A stretch of DNA of 64,000 nt. It comes from a bacterium (lineage in GTDB: Bacteria > RBG-13-61-14 > DATKZS01). The position numbers and the translations under genes were made by a program. Below are positions 38,182-47,652 of the stretch, piece by piece. Under the pieces are notes generated by a model. It saw only the letters and a list, made by a program, of their open reading frames with translations, made no database searches and was not told the DNA's origin. The first letter of the stretch is position 1, and each line of letters opens with the position of its first letter. The stretch lies in the NCBI GenBank assembly GCA_963674965.2, contig CAXXFL010000005.1, forward strand, positions 288,001-352,000, written 5' to 3'.

Positions 38182-39459
38182 TTATCCGCCCGAAGCCTCG
38201 CGCGGTTTTTCCGAATCGAGGCGGTAAAGAGTCTCGCCAGCCCGCCAAACCACGAGCACGCCCTCGTGTTCCTTGCCCGCGAAGTCGGCGGGGTTGATCT
38301 TGCCCGGGTCGCGGTAGCCCAGATTGACCTTTTCGCACTTCTCCCTTGGAATGCCCGTGGCCAGGGTAACCTTGACTCGAGGCTTTTCCACCCCGTTCTC
38401 GAAAACCCCCTGCCCCTTGACGTGAGTCGAGTGGGCAAGGACACCACCCGGATAATGCTTGAACCTGTCCCATTGCTTCAAAAAGTAGTCGCGCACGTGG
38501 TAGCCAATCTCCTCGATGACCTCGCCGTGAGTAAAAGATATCTCGCGTATGTGAGGGGCGTAGATTATCACCTCGCCGCCGTCGCGCACGACCGGCTCCA
38601 TCTTGTACATCCCCTTGGCCCCCACCCAAAGATCGTCGTACATCTCGGGCATGACCGAGATCACCTGCCGGAAATGATAGGGGGTCCACTTGATGTGCAA
38701 TGAAGACGAAAGACGCGAGGCGGCCCGCCAGGCCTCCTTGACCGGGCCGACGAAAAGGCCGGCCATGCCGTCCTCGCCCTCGATCACCGAGCAGGCCCCG
38801 ACGATCGGAAGACCCACCATCTCCGCCGCCCGCTCGATCACCGCCCGCACCGGGGTGTCCATCCTCCCGATAATCTCGTAGTTGGTGATAAGCGCCCCCA
38901 GCCAGTGCGTGAAATTTATTATCTCCGCGCCCGCTATCCCGGGAAAAAGATATTTGTGACCGCCGCTGAAGCCCGCGACCTCGTGGGGAAACACCGGACC
39001 GTAAATGATAGCCGCGTCGTAATCGAAGATCAGCTTGTTGATCGACACCTCGACTTCCTCACTCATGAGACCATTGCTGATCTTCTCGATTTCCGAGGCC
39101 GGGATCGAGCCAATAGTCTTAAAGGTCCCAGGCGAGTTCCACTCGTGGTTGAAAATATTGACGCTTTTGTATTTTCCGGAAAGGTCCGCCGGCTCGAGTT
39201 CCAGGTAGTCGCGAATAGATTCCTCACTCATGGGCTGGTGAGTGCCCAGGGCGATGAGGAAATCAAGGCGGGAAACGCTGGGTAAAAGCGCGTCGGCCAG
39301 GGCCCTGAATACGGCGGGCATGGGACCGGAACGCGTATTGTCCGGAATGATAACGATTATTTTCTTGCCGGCAAGGTCCGCCGCGGAGAAACCATCGGAT
39401 ATGATTTTCCTTATTTCCTCCTCCGATAAAAGACCTTCCCCGCCTTGGCCAATCAGCAT
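38182..39459 (-). CDS. Lactate racemase (LarA) family nickel-pincer racemase/epimerase
   Basis: IIPDNTRS, IALGTHQPM, FNHEW, FPHEVAGFSGGHKYLFPGIA, HSTH. Confidence 0.88.
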   Translation of the reverse strand: MLIGQGGEGLLSEEEIRKIISDGFSAADLAGKKIIVIIPDNTRSGPMPAVFRALADALLPSVSRLDFLIALGTHQPMSEESIRDYLELEPADLSGKYKSVNIFNHEWNSPGTFKTIGSIPASEIEKISNGLMSEEVEVSINKLIFDYDAAIIYGPVFPHEVAGFSGGHKYLFPGIAGAEIINFTHWLGALITNYEIIGRMDTPVRAVIERAAEMVGLPIVGACSVIEGEDGMAGLFVGPVKEAWRAASRLSSSLHIKWTPYHFRQVISVMPEMYDDLWVGAKGMYKMEPVVRDGGEVIIYAPHIREISFTHGEVIEEIGYHVRDYFLKQWDRFKHYPGGVLAHSTHVKGQGVFENGVEKPRVKVTLATGIPREKCEKVNLGYRDPGKINPADFAGKEHEGVLVVWRAGETLYRLDSEKPREASGG

Positions 39460-39600
39460 GAAATCATCCTTTTTGTATGCGCCATAGCGCCAATCGTCCC
39501 GGACCCGAGCCGGGCCCGCGGGCCGTCTGAAAATTTCTCAAACCGCGCCAAAGATTATATCACGGGGAGGTTTGCGTTCAATAAACCTCTTTTCCCGTTC

Positions 39601-41106
39601 TCATTTAACCCTTTTGAAATCCGCCTCCACCCTTTCGTATAAATTCTTGAAAAGACAAAGCCTTTCCCCATACATGGCGGCGATTTCGCCGTCCGGCTCG
39701 AAAGACCTCGCGGTCTTGGCCAGCGAGGCGGCGTCGCTCAAGTCCTTCAGGCGGCCGCTCGCCTTCATGGCCATAAAGGCCGCGCCCATGGCCGAGCCCT
39801 CCCCCGTGGCCGGCGTCGATATCTTGCGGCCCATCACGTTTCCAAGAAGTTGGAGCCAGAAGTCGCTTCGGGCAAACCCTCCCGTGGCCCTTACTTCTTC
39901 CACTCCCCCCGGCGACTCGGTCAGCGGCTCGAGCGCGTGGGCCAGGCTCATGCATATCCCTTCCAAAGCCGCCCGGGCCAGATGGGCCTTGCCGTGGAGG
40001 GGGGACAGCCCGAACAGGACGCCCTTCGCCTCGGGGTTCCAATAAGGCGTTCGCTCTCCAAAGATATAGGGCAGAAAAACCAGGCCCTCGGCGCCGGGGG
40101 GACATCTCGAGGCCAACTCGATGATGGCCTCATAAGGCTCCCTTCCCTCGGCCAGGGCCCGGTCGCGGACGTCGGATAAAAGACCGTCGCGAAGCCAGCG
40201 GAGCACGATGCCCCCGCTGTTGATCGCGCCCCCCCCGTACCAGAGGCCGGACCCGAGGTAATAAAGCCACGCCCGGCCCGCCGGGTCGATCCAGGGGTTT
40301 TGGAAAACCTTGCGGGCCGCCCCCGAGGTCCCGATGGTCGCCGCCGCCTGGCCGGCGAAAACCGCGCCCGCTCCCAGGTTGGCAAGTCCCCCGTCCCCCG
40401 CGCCGGGGGCCGCGGGAACGCCGGGCGCGAGCCCCAGTTCCTCCGCCGGCCCGGGAAGAAGGGTCCCCGCCGTCTCGTCGGGATGGACCAGGCGCGGCAG
40501 CCGCTCCGGTCCCATGCCGGCGAAGTCCAGGGCCGCGGCGTCGAAGTCCAGCCTCGAGACGTCGATAAGGCCGTTGGAAGAGGCGTGGGACAGGTCCATG
40601 ACCGTCTCGCCCGTGAGCCTTTTGAAAATGAAATCCTTGATGGAAAGGAAAACCCCGGCCGACTTGAAAGTCGCGGGATCGTTCTCGCGAAGCCAGGCCA
40701 GGCGCGCCGGATAGTACAGCGCCGCCGCCGGACATCCGGTTTCTTGCCTGATTGCCTCGCCCATGGACTCCTTCAGCCGCGCCGCCTGGGGGCCCGACCT
40801 GCCGTCCGCCCAGGTCCACATCCGGGTCAGGGGCGAGCCGCCCGAGTCGAGGGCCATGAAACCGTGCATGGCCGAGGAAAAGGCCATCGCTTCTATCCTC
40901 GAGCGCCTCAAGTCCACGTCCAAAGACCTTACCGCCTTGACCATGGCGGACCACACTTCCTCCGGGTCCTGCTCCTCCCTGAGAGGGCCGGGCTCGTGTA
41001 ACGGGCATGAGGCCGACCCCGAGGCCGCCACCTCGCCATCGGCGTCAACCAAAAGGGCCTTGACCAGCGAGGTCCCAAGATCAATGGCTAAAAAAAATTC
41101 CTTCAT
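39601..41106 (-). CDS. FGGY-family carbohydrate kinase, gluconokinase-like
   Basis: IDLGTS, FSSAMHG, TWADGRS, SIKDF, GDGGLANLG, TIGTSGA, PYIFGERTPYWN, ATGGFARS. Confidence 0.88.
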   Translation of the reverse strand: MKEFFLAIDLGTSLVKALLVDADGEVAASGSASCPLHEPGPLREEQDPEEVWSAMVKAVRSLDVDLRRSRIEAMAFSSAMHGFMALDSGGSPLTRMWTWADGRSGPQAARLKESMGEAIRQETGCPAAALYYPARLAWLRENDPATFKSAGVFLSIKDFIFKRLTGETVMDLSHASSNGLIDVSRLDFDAAALDFAGMGPERLPRLVHPDETAGTLLPGPAEELGLAPGVPAAPGAGDGGLANLGAGAVFAGQAAATIGTSGAARKVFQNPWIDPAGRAWLYYLGSGLWYGGGAINSGGIVLRWLRDGLLSDVRDRALAEGREPYEAIIELASRCPPGAEGLVFLPYIFGERTPYWNPEAKGVLFGLSPLHGKAHLARAALEGICMSLAHALEPLTESPGGVEEVRATGGFARSDFWLQLLGNVMGRKISTPATGEGSAMGAAFMAMKASGRLKDLSDAASLAKTARSFEPDGEIAAMYGERLCLFKNLYERVEADFKRVK

Positions 41107-41135
41107 CTCCAGATGCTTTCCACCGTTATTTTATC

Positions 41136-41321
41136 GAGCCTCTTGCAAAATTCCCGCTTTGGAGTGCGGCGGCTCGACGCCGCTTTTCTTCCGAGCGGCT
41201 TGACGCGAGGCAAACCGGCGTATTAATAGGCCTTGTCAAGCCAAGGCCATCGAAAGCGGTCTCAAGCGACCGCACTCCAAAGCGGCTATGCCGCAAAGAA
41301 AAGGACTTTTGCAAGAGACTC
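41136..41321. mobile_element. MITE (non-autonomous IS derivative) containing a REP-like inverted pair
   Basis: TIRs GAGCCTCTTGCAAAA (41136-41150)/TTTTGCAAGAGACTC (41307-41321), 14 of 15 match; TATC direct repeat at 41132-41135 and 41322-41325; internal perfect 16-bp inverted repeat at 41154-41169/41270-41285. Confidence 0.8.
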
Positions 41322-41490
41322 TATCGGTTCGGATTTGATCCCCGCCGATAAAGGGGATCCCTTGAGCCGGGCGAGTCGTATTACATGGGTTTAACATGGT
41401 CCGACCCTCGTGACAAACCATCGATAATGTTTCATCGACAATGTTACTCGCCGAGGCCCGCCTTAAATCGGTTACGGAGCGAACAAAGCC

Positions 41491-42597
41491 CTATAAGGGA
41501 CCGGCGGAATAAAGGGTCTTTTTCCGGTCGCCCCTGCCTTTGCCGGGGACGCCGCCCGCGGTCTCGATGGCGTCAAGGGCCCGCTTCACGTGCCATTCGT
41601 AACCGCGGCTTGGCCTGCCCGGATAAACGTCGTAAAAGGGCCGGTAAACCCGGGGTGTAAAAACCGGCATGATCACGTTGGCCCCAGCCTTCAGGCCAAG
41701 CTCGTATCCTTGCCTCCGGTTGACCGTGGCCAGGGCCGTGGTGGCGGGTATGTTGGCCTCCGGGCAAAGCACCCGGGTCAGGGCGGTGACCTTGCGGGCA
41801 AGGAGGTCGACCTTGTTGAAATAGCCGCTCAAGTCGCCGATCTCGGACAGGGCCCTCGCGCCCAGGGGCGTGGACGGGTGGGGGATATAGGGACCGCTTC
41901 CCACCATGTCCAGGTCCAGCTTCCGGAAGACGTCCAGGTCGCGGGCCAGGCTCGGAAGGCCCTGGCCGGGAAGACCCACCATGACGCCGCCTCCGATCTC
42001 GTATCCCATCTCCCGCAGGGCGAGCAGAATCTCGATCCGGCCCGGACGGCCGGGACCGGCGGCCGGGTGTATCTTGCGGTAAAGGTCCTCGTCCGTGGTC
42101 TCGAGCTTCAAAAGGTACCTGTCGGCGCCCATGTCGCGCCACCTTCTATAGTCGTCCAGCGGACGCTCGCCCACGCTGAGGGTCACGGCCAGAGGAAAGC
42201 GGACCTTGATGGCCCCCACCACCTCGGCCAGCCACTCGGCGCTCATGGCCGGGTCCTCCCCCGACTGGAGCACCACCGTGCCGCAGCCCGAAAGAAAAGC
42301 CAACTCCGAGCGCCTGACGATCTCGGTCTTGCTCATGCGGTAGCGGGCAAGGTCGGACGCGTCCGACCTGATGCCGCAATACAGGCATTTTCTCGAGCAG
42401 CAGTTCGAGAACTCGATCAGGCCGCGAAGATGGACCTCCGACCCCACCGTCTCGAGACGGACGCGATGGGCGGCCTCGAACAAGGCCTCCTTTTCCTCTT
42501 GCCCCTCTTGTCTTAGCCACTCCAGGATTTCCGTCCTGGACATGTCCCGGCTCGGATCGCGTCTCGTTTCTAAACTCGCCTTTTCAAGCTCGGGCAT
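41491..42597 (-). CDS. hydE: [FeFe]-hydrogenase maturase HydE
   Basis: VHLRGLIEFSNCCSRKCLYCG, VLQSGED, ADRYLLKLET, GPYIPHPSTPL, NIPATTAL, GANVIMP, YDVYPG. Confidence 0.88.
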   Translation of the reverse strand: MPELEKASLETRRDPSRDMSRTEILEWLRQEGQEEKEALFEAAHRVRLETVGSEVHLRGLIEFSNCCSRKCLYCGIRSDASDLARYRMSKTEIVRRSELAFLSGCGTVVLQSGEDPAMSAEWLAEVVGAIKVRFPLAVTLSVGERPLDDYRRWRDMGADRYLLKLETTDEDLYRKIHPAAGPGRPGRIEILLALREMGYEIGGGVMVGLPGQGLPSLARDLDVFRKLDLDMVGSGPYIPHPSTPLGARALSEIGDLSGYFNKVDLLARKVTALTRVLCPEANIPATTALATVNRRQGYELGLKAGANVIMPVFTPRVYRPFYDVYPGRPSRGYEWHVKRALDAIETAGGVPGKGRGDRKKTLYSAGPL

Positions 42598-43765
42598 TTT
42601 GCGCTCCTTTGAAAAGGGTCACCGTGAACGAGCTGCCCTGGCCGGGTGTGCTCTTCACCTCGACCTTGCCCCCGTATAGAGACGAGAGTCGCGACACTAT
42701 CGAGAGGCCAAGTCCCGTGCCCTCGATCTCCCTGGTCCTATCGTTCTTGACGCGATAAAAATCCTGGAACAGGCCGGACGACTCCTCGGGCGTCATGCCC
42801 AGGCCGGAGTCGGAGACGGTCAGGACCATTCGGTCGTCCTGCTCTTGCATCGACGCCTCGACCCGGCCGCCATCCACGTTGTACTTCACGGCGTTGGAAA
42901 CGAGGTTCCTCGCGATCGTCTCGATCTCGCGCCGGTCCGCCTGGAAAACGAGCTCGTCCGGGGCGCTGAGCTCGAGTTTTATCCCGCGCTTTTCAGCCTC
43001 CTCCCGGAAGGACTCGAGGGCTTCCCGGACGATGGGGACAAGGTCTTGCTCTCGCGGGTCCCTCGGATAACGGCCGCACTCGATGCCGGTCACGTCTAGA
43101 AGATCGAGAATCAGCTTCCTCATGCCCCTGATCCTGGCCACGCTCCTCTCCACCAGTTCCTTCGCCCGCGCGGGATCGTCCTCCAGCGTCCCGTCGCCCA
43201 GGATGCAAAGGTACTGCTCGACCGCCGCGATGGGACTCTTCAACTCGTGGGCCACCATCGAGATCATCTGGTAACGGAAAAGGCGCCTCTCCTTTTCCAA
43301 CTCCCTCGCCCTCCTCGAGACCAGAAGGTGCTTGGCCGCCTTGTAGACCGAGGCCTTAAGCTCGTTGGGCGAAAAGGGCTTGGGCAAAAGGTCGAAGGCC
43401 CCCCGCCGCGTGGCCGACACGGCCGTCTCGATCGAGGCGTAGGCCGTGATCATGATGGTGAGCATGTCCCTCTCGTCCTCCATGACCCTGGACAGCACGT
43501 CGAGCCCGGACGCTCGGGGAAGCTTCAGGTCCAGAAGCAGAAGGTCGGGATTTGTCGCCGCTATCTTCTCGAGGGCCTCCTCCCCGGTCTCGGCCGAGTC
43601 CACCTCGAAGCCCACCTCGAAGCCCCACTCCGGGGCAAAGACCCGATAGCCGGAAAGGACCCGCTCCACCGCCAGCCTCATCCCCAACTCGTCGTCAACG
43701 ACCAGGGCCTTCAAGGTCAGGCTTTTCGACCCATGGCCGGCGAGCATGGACCCCGTCTCCATCAT
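42584..43765 (-). CDS. Hybrid receiver-histidine kinase
   Basis: LVVDDE, LLLDLKLP, ITAYAS, KPF; AHELKSP, NLVSNAVKY, DSGLG, GTGLGL; start at ATGA overlap. Confidence 0.9.
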   Translation of the reverse strand: MMETGSMLAGHGSKSLTLKALVVDDELGMRLAVERVLSGYRVFAPEWGFEVGFEVDSAETGEEALEKIAATNPDLLLLDLKLPRASGLDVLSRVMEDERDMLTIMITAYASIETAVSATRRGAFDLLPKPFSPNELKASVYKAAKHLLVSRRARELEKERRLFRYQMISMVAHELKSPIAAVEQYLCILGDGTLEDDPARAKELVERSVARIRGMRKLILDLLDVTGIECGRYPRDPREQDLVPIVREALESFREEAEKRGIKLELSAPDELVFQADRREIETIARNLVSNAVKYNVDGGRVEASMQEQDDRMVLTVSDSGLGMTPEESSGLFQDFYRVKNDRTREIEGTGLGLSIVSRLSSLYGGKVEVKSTPGQGSSFTVTLFKGAQNARA

Positions 43766-45765
43766 TGCCTCTCCCCCCTGGGCAGGGACACGGTGAACCT
43801 CGAGCCCGTCTTGCCCTTGGCGCCGTCCGCGTTGGACTCGGCCTTCAAATCGCCGCCGTGCATCTTCACTATCCCGTAGGCCACGGCCAGACCCAGGCCC
43901 GTTCCCTTGCCCAGCTTCTTGGTGGTGAAGAAGGGGTCGAATATCCTCGAGATGTCCTCCTCTTTTATGCCGCATCCCTCGTCCTCGACGATGAAGTGGA
44001 CAAGCGAATGGTTGCCCCCCGTCTCGATCTTCAATTGGCCGCCCTCCGGCATGGCGTCAAAGGCGTTCTCGATCAAATTGGTCAGCACCTGCGTCACCTG
44101 GTCTCCATCCAGGTCGGCCGACTTGTTTCCGTCCCCGTCCATCCTGGCGATGGTCACGTTCCCGGGCGGGTCCAGGCCGCGAAGGGCCGCGTCCACCAGG
44201 CTCGATAGCTCGGCGGGCCGCTTGGCCAGGGTGTTCTGGCGGGCGAAGTTCAAAAGGCCGGCCACTATCTTCTTGCACCGGTCGGTCTGCTCGACGATCA
44301 TCTCGAGGTCGGGTTTGGCCGAGGACCCGGGGTCCGCGTCCTCCAAAAGCATGTGGGAATACATGAGCACCACCCCGAGGGGGTTGTTGATCTCGTGGGC
44401 TATGCCGGCGGCCAGTCGTCCCATGCCGGCCAGCTTCTCCGACTGGACCAGGGCCTCACGGGCGCCGGCCAGCCGCTCGTTCGAGAGGGCCAGTTCCTTG
44501 ACCGTCTTCTTGAGCTGGTCGATGGTGTAGGGAAGACACATCTCGGACTCGGCCAGGCCCCGGTGGATGGCCACGGCGTGCTCGAGGCAGGAGTCGTACC
44601 CGCAGGCGCCGCAGTTCAGCTCGTCCTCCGGCGAGGTCTTGCCCATCGAGGCCAGTATCTCCCGCACCTCGTCGCGGGTGGGAGAGTCGGTCCTCTTGTC
44701 GTTGGGCTCGTAGTCCCGCGAAAGATCGAGGTCGTCGAGCGACGAAACCTCGGCCCACCATTTGTCGTGGTCCAGTTTGTCGAGTCTTTCCCTTACGTGG
44801 GCCAGCACTCTCTCCCGCCTCCTGAAAAGGGGAAGGTCGCTCGATATGCCCGGTCCCATGATGCAGCCGTTGCAGCAAAGGGTCTCGAGCAGGCGCACGT
44901 TAAGGTCCCCGTTCTCGAACTCCTTGATGGCCTCGATGAAATTGCCGCGGCCGTCGGCCGCCACCACGTCTCCGGGCAGAAGGTCGTCGGAGATATTGGC
45001 GGCCTGAAGCATTCCCCGGCTGACGGGAAAAAGGGAGCCGGCGCCCGGGTGGGGAGGGTCGAACTCGGAGACGCCCGAGTTGGCGGGAGATATTCCCATC
45101 CGCTCGAAAAGGGACCTGAGCTCGGTGAAGGTGAGAACGGCGTCCACGTCGCCCTCGAGACCGGCGGCCTCCTTTTCCGCCTTCTTGGCTATGCACGGCC
45201 CGATGAAGACTATTTTCAGGTCGGCGCCGTAAATCCGGTGCAGGGCCCTGGCCTCGGCGATCATGGGCGAGACCACCCGGGCCAGGCCACCAACCAGCTC
45301 GGGATGGAAGCGCTGCACGTACTCGACGATGGCGGGGCAGTTGGCGGCGATGTACCTTCCCGGCTCTCCCGAGTCCAGGAGCCTGCGATACCGCCGGGCC
45401 ACGAGGTCGGCCCCGAACCCGACCTCGCAAACCAGGTCGAAGCCCAGGCGCCTGACCATGCCCGCCAGGGTCTTGGGGTCCATCTCCACGAACTCGGCCG
45501 GAAAGCTGGGCGCCAGGCAAGCGGCCACGCGATGGGCGGACTCGATAAGGGCCCTCGCCCGGCCCACCGAGCTGAGGACCTTCTTGGCCCGCCGGCTGCA
45601 AACCCGGACGCAGTTGCCGCAGCCGATGCAGCGCTCGGTTATGACCTCGGCCTGGCCGCCCCGCACCCGGATGGCCTTGGCCGGGCACTCGCGAACGCAG
45701 GCGTAACAAACGCCGCAAAGCTCCTTGATAGTCGAGACCAGCGGCGTTTCAGGATAAGAGTCCAC
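43762..45765 (-). CDS. Sensory [FeFe]-hydrogenase-like domain fused to a histidine kinase (group C type)
   Basis: 2x[4Fe-4S] domain, AANCP / GPCIAKKAE / ETLCCNGCIMGPG H-cluster-like motifs, ELNCGACGY FeS motif, AHEINNP kinase with DEGCG and GTGLGL. Confidence 0.88.
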   Translation of the reverse strand: MDSYPETPLVSTIKELCGVCYACVRECPAKAIRVRGGQAEVITERCIGCGNCVRVCSRRAKKVLSSVGRARALIESAHRVAACLAPSFPAEFVEMDPKTLAGMVRRLGFDLVCEVGFGADLVARRYRRLLDSGEPGRYIAANCPAIVEYVQRFHPELVGGLARVVSPMIAEARALHRIYGADLKIVFIGPCIAKKAEKEAAGLEGDVDAVLTFTELRSLFERMGISPANSGVSEFDPPHPGAGSLFPVSRGMLQAANISDDLLPGDVVAADGRGNFIEAIKEFENGDLNVRLLETLCCNGCIMGPGISSDLPLFRRRERVLAHVRERLDKLDHDKWWAEVSSLDDLDLSRDYEPNDKRTDSPTRDEVREILASMGKTSPEDELNCGACGYDSCLEHAVAIHRGLAESEMCLPYTIDQLKKTVKELALSNERLAGAREALVQSEKLAGMGRLAAGIAHEINNPLGVVLMYSHMLLEDADPGSSAKPDLEMIVEQTDRCKKIVAGLLNFARQNTLAKRPAELSSLVDAALRGLDPPGNVTIARMDGDGNKSADLDGDQVTQVLTNLIENAFDAMPEGGQLKIETGGNHSLVHFIVEDEGCGIKEEDISRIFDPFFTTKKLGKGTGLGLAVAYGIVKMHGGDLKAESNADGAKGKTGSRFTVSLPRGERQ

Positions 45766-45799
45766 CTTTTACTCCACGCGTTTTCGCGAGACGTCTCGC

Positions 45800-46207
45800 C
45801 TATCGCCCTTCCATGCCCCTGGAATCGGGACCCGACGAGACTTGTCCCACCATCTCGTGGCCGGCGCGGTCCCAGACGCGGGGAAAACGCCCGGCCACTA
45901 GCCGCCCGATCCACGCGACGAACTTTTCGCGCTCGATCTCGGGCATCCTTCCCCAATCCCCGACGCAAAGCCCGAACCTTCCGGGCAACTCGATCCTCTC
46001 CACCTCGCCGCGGGAGGGGGTCTCGCGGACGTCGCCGGCAATAAAGGACCAGCGCCTGCCCATTACCTCGACGAACCAGAGGCGGGTATCGAAATCGGAC
46101 TTGACGTGCAAAGACAAGGCGTCCAGGGCGGTGGCCAGGTCGGCGCTCCTTATCGCCTCCTCGCACTCGCGGAGCCAGGCGTCAAAATCTGAGGTCTCTT
46201 TTTCCAT
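45800..46207 (-). CDS. Hypothetical protein within the hyd operon
   Basis: 135-aa ORF overlapping the hydG end and filling the gap to the sensor gene. Confidence 0.5.
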   Translation of the reverse strand: MEKETSDFDAWLRECEEAIRSADLATALDALSLHVKSDFDTRLWFVEVMGRRWSFIAGDVRETPSRGEVERIELPGRFGLCVGDWGRMPEIEREKFVAWIGRLVAGRFPRVWDRAGHEMVGQVSSGPDSRGMEGR

Positions 46208-47648
46208 TCTCGATCTCCCCCAGCTTTTCCAAGAGGGCGGGAACGATCCCGGCGGGAACGTCCTTCATCCTCTCGCCGATGAGTTTCTCTCCGATCCTTC
46301 TCGTTTCCTCGGAGGCGTAGTCCATAAGATATTCCTTGAAGGTCAGGATGGCGTTGGGAACGCAGAAATTATGGACCTTGCCCTCCTTGGCTATCTTCAT
46401 GAAGTAAGACCCGGTCCGGCCGCACCGGTAACCCGCAGTGCAAAAGGACGTGAGCCATCCCATGCCGGCCAGTTCCCGAATGACCTCGTCCAGGCTCCTC
46501 GGGTCCCCGATCATGAACTGCTGTTTGGTCTGGTCCTGCTCGCCCCCCGTCTCGCTGTAGGCCCCGATGCCGATCTTGGTCGAGGCGTCGGTCTGGGTGC
46601 AGCCCACGTTGATCACGTCCCGCCTGATATGGGCCGGCTCCCGCGCCGTCAGGATCATGCCCGTGTAGGGGACGGAGAGCCGGATGACGGTCACCAGCCT
46701 TTTGAAGTCGCGGTCGCTAACCATGTAGGGAGACCCGGTGGTAAGGGGAGAGTTGGACGCCGGCTCGAGCCGGGGAAAGGAAATGGTATGCGGCCCGATC
46801 CCGTCGAACTTGCTTTCCAGGTCGATGGCGTGAAGGAGCAGCCCCATGACCTCGAACTTCCAGTCGTAAAGTCCGAAGAGGGCCCCGATGGCCACGTCGT
46901 CCACTCCCGCCTCGAGGGCCCGGTGCAGGGCGTACAGGCGCCATCCGTAATGGGCCTTGATCCCGCGGGGATGGACCCGGCGATAGGTCTCGTGATGATA
47001 GGTCTCCTGGAAGACCTGGAAGGTCCCGATGCCCGCGTCGCGGAGTATCTTGAGATGGGAGATGGACTGGGGGGCCGCGTTTATGTTCACCCGCCTTATT
47101 TCCCCGTTGCCCGACTTGGTCTCGTACACGGCCTTGATGGTGTCGGCTATGTAATCCACGTCCGACTCCGGGTGCTCGCCGTAAACCATGATGAGCCTTT
47201 TATGTCCTATTTCCACCAATACCTTCGTCTCCCGCTTTACTTGCTCGAGGGACAGCTTGATTCTTTTTTCATCCTGGTTTTCTCTTCGGAAGCCGCAGTA
47301 CAGGCAGGAGTTGACGCAAAGGTTCGAGCAGTAAAGGGGGGCGAAGGTCACGATACGGGGACCGTAGACTTTCAACTTCACGGCCAGCCCGGTTTTAAAC
47401 ATCTCTTGCCAGACGTCCTCGTCCTCGACGTTCAAAAGGGCGGCGGTCTCCTCGGGCTCGAGCCTTTTGAGGGCGAGGGACTTATCCAGGATATCTTTGA
47501 TTCTTTTCGGGTCGGGCGATCGGTTTTTCCGAAGGGTCGCGGATATCTTGGCGTCGTCAATAAAGTCGGTCCCCATATCGAGGTATCTTTCAATCTCGCG
47601 TTCCTTTATGACCGATTCCATCCATTCTTCTTTTTTCAAGGCCCTCAT
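46182..47648 (-). CDS. hydG: [FeFe]-hydrogenase maturase HydG
   Basis: FAPLYCSNLCVNSCLYC, GEIRRVNINAAP, FQETYH, GPHTISFPR, C-terminal CX5CX19C. Confidence 0.93.
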   Translation of the reverse strand: MRALKKEEWMESVIKEREIERYLDMGTDFIDDAKISATLRKNRSPDPKRIKDILDKSLALKRLEPEETAALLNVEDEDVWQEMFKTGLAVKLKVYGPRIVTFAPLYCSNLCVNSCLYCGFRRENQDEKRIKLSLEQVKRETKVLVEIGHKRLIMVYGEHPESDVDYIADTIKAVYETKSGNGEIRRVNINAAPQSISHLKILRDAGIGTFQVFQETYHHETYRRVHPRGIKAHYGWRLYALHRALEAGVDDVAIGALFGLYDWKFEVMGLLLHAIDLESKFDGIGPHTISFPRLEPASNSPLTTGSPYMVSDRDFKRLVTVIRLSVPYTGMILTAREPAHIRRDVINVGCTQTDASTKIGIGAYSETGGEQDQTKQQFMIGDPRSLDEVIRELAGMGWLTSFCTAGYRCGRTGSYFMKIAKEGKVHNFCVPNAILTFKEYLMDYASEETRRIGEKLIGERMKDVPAGIVPALLEKLGEIENGKRDLRF

Positions 47649-47652
47649 ATTT

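Noticed and set aside
46363-46443. HydG apparently lacking the second Cys of CX2CX22C
   Set aside because: The sequence reads CX5CX19C, an alternative spacing that keeps three Cys ligands, so it is not evidence of inactivation.
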